Of a stretch of 60,000 nucleotides of DNA, positions 1 to 9,222 are shown in pieces; the first letter of the stretch is position 1, and every line of letters begins with the position of its first letter. The position numbers and the translations under genes are program-made. This stretch comes from Lama guanicoe (lineage: Eukaryota), in assembly GCA_013239625.1 (NCBI GenBank), contig MU053431.1:1392485-1452484 (forward strand), written 5' to 3'. Below the pieces are notes generated by a model. It did not search any database. It saw nothing but the letters and a program-made list of their open reading frames with translations, and was not told the origin of the DNA.

Positions 1-192
1 ACGGTGGAGGCCAGTGAAGGTGGAAGGAAGACTTGGAAACCGATGCTAGTCTTCCTCCTCTTGCCCCGACGCCCAGCAGTTGGGGGGTCTGAGAAATGAC
101 CGCTCTCGAAGTGAGGCGAGCCGAGGGCCCCCGCGGGTGGGCGCTAGACCCAGCCGCCCGAGACCAAGCAGTGGGAGGCTGGGGCGGAGGAC

Positions 193-356
193 AGGGGAGT
201 ACTCGGGCGGTTAGGGGAGTCCGGTCACTGGGGGGTGGGGTGCGTACAGGGGAGTCCGGGCACTCCTCGAGAGTCAGGGGGGTCCGGGCACTCCTCGGGG
301 AGACGTCTGGGGAGTCCAGGCACTCGGGGGTCAGGGGAGTCCGGGCACTCAGGGGA
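193..356. repeat. G-rich minisatellite: about 6 copies of the 18-bp core AGGGGAGTCCGGGCACTC with variable spacers
   Basis: Units start at 193 (degenerate), 213, 248, 276, 308 and 333, with a partial unit at 351. Confidence 0.85.
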
Positions 357-639
357 CATAACCGCGCACGGCCGGGCTTCTTCCACGAGGCCTGACCGCG
401 GGGCGACCCCGGGCTCGGACACAGGGAGGCCGGGCCTCCGCTTCCGTGTACAGAGCAGTCCAGGTCGTCTTATTTGTGAGCACACGCGTCCTCTGACAAT
501 CATCCCACGGGGTCGTTTCTTTTTTCGGTCGGAGTTTGGCGTCTAGGTTGTTTGTGCTTTTGGTGTGATCGATTTATAAACTGGTTCTTCGAAAACCAGC
601 CCGGGAGGTGAGTTTTCCTGGGGTGATGGGGGTGTGGCC

Positions 640-1250
640 GTCCTCGCGCCCGCCACCCACAGGACCCTGGCCCCCTGGGTGCGGACGAGGACCAGAACCA
701 GGAGCAGGACCATCACACCGGGTAGGGACAGGGCCCTCCGCACATGCGCGCTGGGGCGGGGCCGACCCCGGAAGTGGTCCCAGCGGAGGCCCGGCCCCGG
801 AAGTGACGTGCCCTCCGAGGGTGAGTGCGGGCGCGCGGACGGGGAACCGGGTGGCCGGGGACCTGGGGACGGGCGACGCGGCGCGGGCTGAGCGCCCCCT
901 GGGGACCGCGGCCGCGCTCGGGCTCTGCCCCGCCTGAGCGCACGGCCGGCCGGCTCCAGACTTCCCGGGACTGGGGTCCCGCTGGATGTTGCTTCATCGT
1001 GTCCGCTCCGTGGTGAAGCCGTCACCCGACAGGGGCGGCGTTTACTGCGAGCGCCGCTCTCGGACGGGCCGGCTGCCTGCGCCTGCGTCCGGTCCGCGGC
1101 GGGCTTCGCACGTGAGACGGCTCGGTGCCGGTCCGCTCGGTGCCGGCCCGCGCGCCCGCACGCCCTCGCTGCCGCCGCCGTCGGTCTGCGGTGTCCGCCG
1201 GCGCGCAGGCGGGTGAGGCGCTCTCGGGGCCGCGTCCCCAGAGTGGGTCT
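640..1250 (+). promoter_or_regulatory. MTG2: CpG-island promoter of MTG2 with NRF1-like, GC-box, two ETS/GABP and ETS-CRE motifs
   Basis: CpG-dense. CGCACATGCGCG ~739-750, GGGGCGGGG 753-761, CCGGAAGTG 768-776, CCGGAAGTGACGT 797-809. This combination is typical of nuclear genes for mitochondrial proteins. Confidence 0.8.
770..820 (+). other. MTG2: Probable non-coding exon 1 of MTG2 (5' boundary approximate)
   Basis: Consensus donor GAGG|GTGAGT at 820/821 directly after the ETS motifs. An alternative donor lies at 1212/1213. Confidence 0.5.
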
Positions 1251-2266
1251 TTGTGAAGGAGAGGACCCTCCCTGAGAGAAGGGGAAAGGAGGACACTGTT
1301 TTAAAGGCGGGTCATTTCTCAGGCAGATGTTTTAGCAGAGAAAATATGTCAGAAGTTAAGGAGCACGAGGTTGATTCTTTTAAATTATCCTGCCTTGGTT
1401 CCCTTGGGCGGTGGTCGCGTGAGCATACCTCAGGGAGACGAGTCCTGTGAAGTGCAGGTGCAGCGCTGTGCCGGAGGACGCTGTGTGACTTTAGGAGCAA
1501 GTGAACATCCTCTGAGTCTCAGCCTCCGCCGCTTTAAAATGAGCATTAACATGTAAGGATCAGAAATCATGATGCCGTCCCCTTAGGATAATTTAAGGAG
1601 GATTTGTAAAGGCCCTACATGTGTCGGAGGGAGGGTGCAGGGGAGCAGCAGAGTTGGTGTTTTATCCTGGAGCTGGTGATGGTGGAGTTGCTTCCAACCC
1701 CTCGACCCAGAGGGTAAAGGAGGGGCGGTCACCAGGACCCGGAGAGAGCATTACAGACTAGAGGTGTGACCTTCAGTCTGGGGATTTGAGAAGGGCAGGG
1801 GGTCAGCGTCCCGCCCTGCTGCTCCTCCTCCAGCCTCTGGCTGAGGGCGAGGTAGTGAGGGTAGCCTTGCCGGGTAGGCTCTTGAAACAGCAGGGTGGAA
1901 AGGGGTCCTAGAAAAGCAAGTGGAAAATCCCCAGCATGCAGGATTACCCTTCCTAGGGTTGTTGTAAGGAATACATTTTAAAATTTCTGTAGAAATAATT
2001 TAAAGGTGGCTCCTGGCAAATATAATGTGTCTGGAGCAGGAGAACTGAGGTAACACTTCATAGAACAAAGTGGAGCCCGTGCGCGCACCAAGAGCCTCTC
2101 AGCATTTTTAAAGCTCCGTCCTGTGGCGGTGAGCTGCGTCCTGCCCTGGACCCTGGGCTTTCACCGCCCCCGCCCTCTATGCTCCGCTGAACTGGGACCG
2201 GGGAACAGATGCTCCTAGGAGGAGTTCTGAGTTCATTTTTCTGAGCTCCCGCGGCACAGTAACAAC

Positions 2267-2577
2267 CAGCGCTGTCCAGCAGAACTTTCTGGAATGGTGG
2301 AAACGTTCTCATCTGTGCTGTCCAATCTGGTACCCACTGGCCACATGTGGCTGTGAGCACTGGAAATGTGGCTTGAGGGACTGAATGTTTATGTTTAAAG
2401 TTTTTAATTTAGGGGGGATGGGTATAGCTCAGTGCATGCCTAGCATGCAGGAGGTCCTGAGTTGAATCCCCAGTACTTCCATTAAAAGTTAAATCAGTTT
2501 TTAAAAATATTTTAAAAATTTTTAGTTAATTTAAACTTAGCACACGTGGCTATTAATTACCTTACTGGACAACACAA
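2267..2577. mobile_element. MER3-like hAT-Charlie DNA transposon fossil, interrupted by a SINE
   Basis: CAGCGCTGTCCA..AGAACTTTCTG..ATGGTGGAAACGTTCT..CCACATGTGGCT..GAGCACT, an AT-rich middle, and an inverted terminus CACGTGGCTA..TGGACAAC. Confidence 0.75.
2412..2490 (+). mobile_element. tRNA-Ala-derived SINE (camelid-type), with an internal deletion
   Basis: GGGGGGATGGGTATAGCTCAGTG..GCATGCCTAGCATGCAGGAGGTCCTGAGTTGAATCCCCAGTACTTCC plus an A-rich tail; A- and B-box remnants. Confidence 0.75.
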
Positions 2578-2869
2578 GCATAGTGTTAGGAGGGAAAGAA
2601 AGACCAGAGAGCAGTGTGAGACGAAGCTGGACTTGTTCGCCTGGCAGGGGAGAGCCATGCATGTGCTCAGCAGGTTTTTCAAACAGAAACTGAAAAGGCA
2701 AAAAGGAGGGAGTACTCCAAGATTCAGAGTGTCAGGATTCAGAGTTCAGGTCTCTGGTTGGCTTTCCAGTTAACTGATCACCTCTTCCATTGGTCTCCTT
2801 CAGGTTTTGTGTTGAGAAGCCTGGTTTTCAGCACAGCTGGGGACAGATTGCACTTCTTTTCCAGTTTCT

Positions 2870-3480
2870 TGACTTGAAACCTTACATTATTGATTTTAGT
2901 TCTTTCCTCTCCACTGATAGAAGCATTCAGAGCCAAGTTTCCCTCTAAGCAGTGCGTTAGCTGCTCCCCGTGGTTGTGGGTAAGTTGTACTTTCATTGTC
3001 ATTCAGTTTGAAATCTTTTTAAATTTCTGCTTGATTTCTTTTACTTACTGAATTGTTCAGAAGTTTTGTTTAATTTCCAGGTAGTTGGGGTTTTCCTAGA
3101 TACATTATACTTACTGACTTCCGTTCTGCTGCGGTTAGAGAATACACTCAGTATGTGTGATTCCTGTCCTTTTAAACTTACTGAAACGTCTCGTATGAGC
3201 CACGGTACGGTCATAGTGAGTGTCCCACTGCACCTGCAGACAGTGTAGGTTCTGCAGTTACTGGGGGTGCTGGCCTGTGAGCGTCAGCTAGATCAAGACT
3301 GTTGGTAAGCGCTGTTTGGATTTTCTTGTCTCGGACTGTCTTTGATTGCTTGTTGTGCATTTCCACTTCTTCCAGAGAGAGCAGTGTTACAGTTTCCTAC
3401 CATCATTGTGGAATGATCTGTTTCTCTTTAATTCTATCAAATTTTGCTTTCTATATTTTGAATCTCTTCCTAGGCTTATG
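2870..3480 (-). mobile_element. Old LINE-1 ORF2-region fragment, antisense, in MTG2 intron 1
   Basis: T-rich sequence with typical antisense L1 motifs (TTTCCCTCTAAG, TTTCATTGTCATTCAGTT). Confidence 0.55.
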
Positions 3481-3632
3481 CACATTTTTGCCTTTTCAGT
3501 TTCTGTCTGAGGCAGAACTTTCTGGAATGGTGGAAACGTTCTCATCTGTGCTGTCCAATCTGGTACCCACTGGCCACATGTGGCTGTGAGCACTGGATGC
3601 CTTATTGCCAATTTGCCTTTTGTTAAGGAGCC

Positions 3633-3797
3633 ATGGCATCTTTGAGGCTTTTCTCAGCAAGCCCCCGGGCCGTGTTGGAGGGTCTGGGATGCTGGACCTT
3701 GCGGCCCGCCTCCCCCCGGCTGTTCTCGCTCTGCTGTGTGGACTGCGCCAAGCACCAGGAATCCCCCGGAAAGAAACTGCTCTCTGAGAAAAAACTG
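3633..3797 (+). CDS. MTG2: MTG2 (GTPBP5/ObgH1, mitochondrial ribosome-associated GTPase 2), first coding exon (exon 2); N-terminal targeting region
   Basis: Acceptor TTAAG| at 3627, Kozak GCCATGG, MASLRLFS...PGKKLLSEKKL, donor CTG|GTGAGA at 3797/3798. Confidence 0.9.
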
Positions 3798-5280
3798 GTG
3801 AGACCTCTGTCCTTGAAGGAGTTTGCCTGCAGTACCCTTGGAAGGCATAGGACGTGTGTGAGCTCTCATGGTCTTGTCTCAGTGAGGTTATTGAAGGGAC
3901 GCACGGAGCGCCTTGAAAATGAGGAGCTCAGGTGAAGGCCCGTGGGTGCCAAATGCTCTGTGAGCTGAGAACTACAGCGGACCGGGGACGGGGCTCCAAG
4001 CGCCAGAAGTGCCGAGCGGCTCTCCCTTCGCCAGGAGGGCACGCGGGCGCTTGTTCCCCAAGCCTGTGTCTGAAACCCTCCTGTATGTGAGTGGCCTTTA
4101 AGTTACGACACCCGGGGACATAGGCCTTTCATTTTATAGTTCTCAAAGCCTTACACGTTTTTCTGTTCTGTTTGCCAGAACCTTCTATTTAAGATGTGAA
4201 TGATCTTTAATTGAATTTAAGGAACTGCGTGTTTGTGGCCCGCTTTGTCTCTGCCTGAGGGGGGCTCCGGATAAGCCTCTTGAGGACGACAGCACTTGCT
4301 GTGGGAAAGCCCTTGGCAGTCGGTGGGTGAGGCTCAGATCTCAAGTTTCCCCACGTTTTGTCTCTTCCTGGACGTAGAAATTGGGTTGAAGTTTTACCTT
4401 CCGTGCAGCGCTCATCAGTGGTGCCTTCTTCACGTCCAGTTGATTTCAATTATGCTCAGAATTAGACGCTGAGTTTCTGAAATAGTAATTCATGGTTTTT
4501 CCATGTGGTGGTGCTAGAGCATCTTAAGAAGCACTGTGTACTTCTAAAAAAATCTGCTTAAGGAGTAGTGGATGGAAATCCCACTACCCTGGGCCCCACC
4601 CCGTCTCCCTGTGCGCACCTGCCAGAAGCAGGCAGGGACACCGCGCCGGGGCGCTTCCCCGCGGCTGCGTCCTGGCACGCCAGGCAGCTGGACTTGTGAG
4701 TGTTTGTTGAACGCTCACCTGGTTAGTTCCAGACGTTTGGGTGGGTTGTGTCTCCCTTAGGGACCCGGAGACGAGCTTGCTCTCAGGTACGGGTCTGCGT
4801 TACCACATTTAACGAGCAAACACGTCCTGTTTAGTCCTTCCCAGCTGGGAGCCTGCTGATCCCGGGGACTCACCCTCACCCTCGTTGTCTCCTCCTGGGA
4901 GCAGAGCTCTCTCTCCGTTAGTAAAGACCTGTTAGTTCACAGATGTGTTTCTCTTTGAAAAAAGCTGGGAAGACACTTTACTTAAGGAGTATTTCCTCAA
5001 CCGTGTTTTATTTAGGTTAGTGTCAAGTCCGTCACTGGGGTGTGTCTTCCGTGCTGACGACGTTTCACATCTGCATGTTTGATTTAGATTTGTCTACAAA
5101 TAGCTGTGACTTGTGGGGACTCTTTCTTGTATTTGCGTTTTAGGAGACAGTAGTGATGTTAATACCATTAGCTTCTAATTAAAGCCTGTCACAGGTAAAA
5201 AAGGGACATTTCAAATGGCTGCTTGGTTCTTGAAAGGACTACAGGGCTGATCAGACCAGTGCACCTTATACTCTCTGCAG

Positions 5281-5428
5281 AAAAGGCACTTTGTGGACCA
5301 CCGCCGCGTGCTTGTCCGTGGGGGGCGCGGAGGCGATGGGGTGACCTGCTTCCACAGCGAACCCCGGAAGGAGTTTGGAGGCCCCGACGGTGGCGACGGA
5401 GGCAGCGGCGGCGCCGTCATCCTGAGAG
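5281..5428 (+). CDS. MTG2: MTG2 exon 3, start of the Obg fold (KRHFVDHRRV...GGPDGGDGGSGGAVILR)
   Basis: Acceptor CTGCAG| at 5280 and Obg Gly-rich motif. Keeping frame requires the GC donor AG|GCAGGT at 5428/5429. Confidence 0.92.
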
Positions 5429-6005
5429 GCAGGTGCCTGGGGTGGCGCGGGACAGTGGCCGTGTCTGCATGTCTCGGGGGATGTTCCCACCTTCTCATCC
5501 CAACAGGAATTTGAATTCAAAAGTTGATGTGGACGCATCCTTGTATTAAATTCTGTGGATGTTCACAACTAAATAATCCACTGGAAACCAGTGTGGATGG
5601 TTTGCTTGTTTTTAATTTCAGGAGCGTGAGGTAGTTTACTTCTGGGGATCCAGCATTCTGGTTCTGTTTGTCAGAGGCTTCAGTCGGCTCCTGACTCAGT
5701 GAGGGCTGAGGGCATGATGGCTTCCGGCATCAGCAAACCAGTAAACCAGTACACCAAATAGCCACTCCCAGCATGATAAAGTACAGCTAGTTTCAGATTG
5801 GTAATGACATCATGGGTAATTTAGAATGTTTTGGAAATTGTAGTATTTTTTTAAAGTAAGAATTTCACTTTTTAAAAAGATCACACTACACCACGTTCCC
5901 ATGTGCGTTCTGAACGTTCTTGGACTGAACGAGAGAAACTTAACCACGGGGGATGGTTCTGCTGTGAGCACAGAGGAAGGTGACGCTCCTTGCTCTGACT
6001 TCTAG

Positions 6006-6121
6006 CTGACCGACAGGTGAAGTCGCTGTCATCGGTCCTGTCGCGGTACCAGGGACTCGACGGGGAGAATGGTGGCAGGAAGAACTGCTTTGGGCGAAGC
6101 GGCGGGCCCCTGCACATCCGG
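6006..6121 (+). CDS. MTG2: MTG2 exon 4 (DRQVKSLSSVLSRYQG...GRSGGPLHIR)
   Basis: Acceptor TTCTAG| at 6005, donor CGG|GTAGGT at 6121/6122; 116 nt keeps frame. Confidence 0.92.
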
Positions 6122-6618
6122 GTAGGTGGCTGCAGAGCCTGCTGTCCCGTACCGGCTCCCAGGTCCCGCCATGTGGTCGGGGTGGCCTTCCCTTGGCTTG
6201 AAATACGCCTGACCTCCTCAGAGCAACCCTGGACAGGACTTTGTGCTGATTTCATACCACATGCGTGTGTGACCAGCTCACAAAATCATCAGACAATTGG
6301 GTTTCACAAAGGGGACCCATGAGCACCCCCTGCCCCGACCCTCTTGGGGCTCCTCCCTGTGAATGGAGGGCTTGTGCCTCCCTCAGCGTTTCCCTCATTT
6401 TCCGGATGCTTCTCTTCATCCTGATGTTCCAGAAGCACGGTTTGGAAAAGCAGTGTATGTGATGTACGTGGTATGCCTGGAGTGCCTGGGTGTAGGCAGC
6501 CCTGCAGGGTCTCTTTAGGGCCAGGACCTTCTCCTGGGACTTTGTGCCTCTGTGAAGGGGCGCTCAGTCCTGCCCCCTCTCCTCCTGGTCTCCCGATAAG
6601 CACTTTGTTATTTTTTAG

Positions 6619-6837
6619 GTCCCCGTGGGCACACTGGTGAAGGAGGGGAGTGAAGTCCTGGCTGACCTCTCGCACCCGGGCGACGAATACATCGCGGCTC
6701 TGGGCGGGGCAGGAGGGAAGGGCAACCGCTTCTTCCTGGCCAACGACAACCGTGCACCCACGACTTGTACCCCCGGGCAGCCCGGCCAGGAGCGCATCCT
6801 CTTCCTGGAGCTCAAGACAGTGGCCCATGCTGGGATG
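6619..6837 (+). CDS. MTG2: MTG2 exon 5 (VPVGTLVKEG...GGAGGKGNRFF...LELKTVAHAGM)
   Basis: Acceptor TTTTTTAG| at 6618, donor ATG|GTGGGT; Obg motifs GGKGN and LELK. Confidence 0.95.
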
Positions 6838-7080
6838 GTGGGTGTCACCTGAAGCCCCGGGCGGGAGGCGGTGGCACCTTCCACATGCTGAGCGGGAGGA
6901 CGCCTGCTGTCCCAGTGCGGTCACGCCACCTGGAAGAGGGCGAGGGCTGGTTAGCAGACTTCCTCCGCCAGCACCCTGTTGGCTTTGTCAGGAGCCTCCT
7001 CCCATCGTCCTCTGTCCTGAGGTCCCGGCCTTGGTCAGTCGCAGACTCTGCAGTGACAGAGCGTCCTAACTCTCTCCCAG

Positions 7081-7219
7081 GTTGGGTTCCCCAACGCAGG
7101 GAAGTCCTCGCTTCTCCGGGCCATTTCCAATGCGAAGCCCGCAGTGGCTTCCTACCCGTTCACGACCCTAAACCCCCACGTCGGGGTCGTTCACTACGAG
7201 GACCACCAGCAGATCACAG
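7081..7219 (+). CDS. MTG2: MTG2 exon 6, G1 P-loop (GFPNAGKSS) and G2 (YPFTT)
   Basis: Acceptor CCCAG| at 7080, donor CAG|GTAGGG at 7219/7220; Obg-family GTPase motifs. Confidence 0.96.
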
Positions 7220-7931
7220 GTAGGGCCACCGGGCTCTCTCGGAGGCGGGGCTGGGGCGCCATTCAGAGCGATGCTTGTGTAACTGCGCGTAGCGTTTTCT
7301 TCATTTGAAACTTGTGGTTCTCCATCAAAATCAGGTTTCAGGTTTGCTTCCCACCCCTCCCCCAGGCATCTGTTAGTTCAGGAATTTGAGTTTAAATTTC
7401 AAACCTGAGGAAATCATCCCTTTCCACCGCCTCTGTTACCCTCTCTCATCTGCGAGGAGCTCAGCAGCGTCAGTCAGGTGGACAACGTGTGATGGAAAAA
7501 GCTCTCCCCGTGCCATTCGGAGAGAAGAAAGCTTTTTCCAGAAGACAATGTACCCATTAAAAATAGCAGCCCTGCTGGCAGTGTGCTTTGTGTAGCACTT
7601 TATATTTGCAAAGGACTCTGTGATAATTTCTATCAGTAATCAAATTATTAATAGGTTGCAGGAAGCTGTTTTCTCCCATTTTTGAGTCATTTTGAAGCCA
7701 GAAAGACTGGAATGTGTTAAATAGTTCTTATTAGATTGATCTGTCATCAGGCCTGCCACCCAAATATTTCAAAGCAAGACGGGAAGCCAAACCGCCTCGG
7801 ATGGCAGTTGGCCAGATGAGCCAACGAGGCGGTGAGTTGGAAGACCAGCCGCAAGGCGTTCCTTGGGGGGCAGTCCTAGACCCCCGAGGCCCCGGGTGTC
7901 CCTCCTGAGCCCTCCCTCTGTCTCCTTGCAG

Positions 7932-8326
7932 TGGCCGACATCCCCGGCCTCATCCGCGGTGCACACCAGAACAGGGGCCTGGGCTTCGCCTTCCTCCGGC
8001 ATATCGAGCGCTGCCCCTTCCTCCTGTTCGTGGTGGATCTCTCGGTCCTGGAGCCCTGGACGCAGGTGGACGACCTCAAGCAGGAGTTGGAGAAGTACGC
8101 AGAAGGCCTGTCCCGCAGGCCTCACGCCATTGTGGCAAATAAGATCGACCTCCCTCAGGCCAGGGCCAGGCTGCCCCAGCTGCGGGCCCGCCTGGGCCAG
8201 GGGGCCATCGCTCTGTCAGCAGCCACTGGCGAGAACCTGGAGGAGCTGCTGCTGTGTCTGAAGGAGCTGCACAACGGCCATGTGGCCAAGGGGCTGGAGC
8301 TTGGCCACCAGCCGCTCCGCTCGTAG
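7932..8326 (+). CDS. MTG2: MTG2 exon 7 (last): G3 DIPG, G4 NKID, G5 SA, stop TAG; spliced CDS 1182 nt = 393 aa
   Basis: Acceptor TTGCAG| at 7931; ADIPGLIRGAHQNRGLGFAFLRHIERC...VANKID...QPLRS*. Confidence 0.96.
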
Positions 8327-9216
8327 CGCTAGGGGGTTGCTGGGGCCTCTGCCCACAAAGGCCACTGACTGGGAATGCACAGCACTGGGTGGAGATGAGA
8401 AGGTGCTTCAAAGACTCGGAGGTGTTGGTGCATCTGCCTTCCCGCCAGCCTGGGGCTCCCCCCACCACCGCGCCCCTGCCCTGGGCCCCCGCTAATTGGC
8501 AGGGACCACACAGCTGGCTGGTGTTGCCGAAGCTGCCGAGTGCACAGAAGACAGCCCAGCGGACAGAGCCACGTTCCCAACGTTGGCCCGGGTGGTGGCA
8601 GCTATCACAGAGGTTGACACACCCCGTGGAGCTCATTTTGGCCTGATGCTTGTCTGCTGCATGAGGCTGGAGGACAGGGAGTGTTTACCGGTGCTGAGCA
8701 CTGCAGGTGCAGGAGCGCCGTCTGAAGGCAGCGACAGGGCCACCCCCACCCCCACGTTGTCCCCATGGCACTGCGCTCCGCGCAAGCCGGGCTTCACAAC
8801 TGAATGCTCCCAATATCCGACCCAGGGACACTGACCTGCTCAGTAGGAGCGAGCGGGTTATTAGCTGCGGGCAGGGAATCGGAGCCCTGTCTCCCGTGGT
8901 GGCTGGAGTGGAGAGAAAGCACAGGTGCCGTCTCCCAGAGATGCTGTGGGGCTGGATTTGTGCTCCACTGTCCTTGTGACCTGAAGAGAATGCTGGCCCT
9001 GGCCCCACTGACCGCTGCGGTGGTTCAGAGAACCCCTGGGTCGTCCAGGTCAGAGTTAACCCTCATGGCCAGAGTGACGGCAACTGCGAGGCTGCCGCGT
9101 GGCTCCAGGCCTTGACGGGGCCGCAGCTGTGTCCTCGTGTCCCCGTGTCCCCTGCCTGCACAGCAGCTGCCGGCCTGCAGGTCCAGTAAAATAGTCCAGG
9201 ACTTCTGTTTCCCCCA

Positions 9217-9222
9217 AATAAA
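9217..9222 (+). terminator. MTG2: Probable MTG2 polyadenylation signal AATAAA
   Basis: First canonical AATAAA I could find after the stop codon (~890 nt downstream), followed by GT-rich sequence. Confidence 0.65.

Noticed and set aside
193..356. CRISPR array (palindromic repeats with unique spacers)
   Set aside because: Mammalian DNA with no cas genes; repeats are degenerate and spacers short and irregular, so this is a minisatellite.
2827..2846. Non-canonical RE1 (TTCAGCACAGCTGGGGACAG) in MTG2 intron 1
   Set aside because: Both half-sites are incomplete, the spacer is atypical and the host is a housekeeping gene; likely chance.
5433..5434. Canonical GT donor for MTG2 exon 3
   Set aside because: It breaks the reading frame with both available acceptors; the GC at 5429 preserves it.
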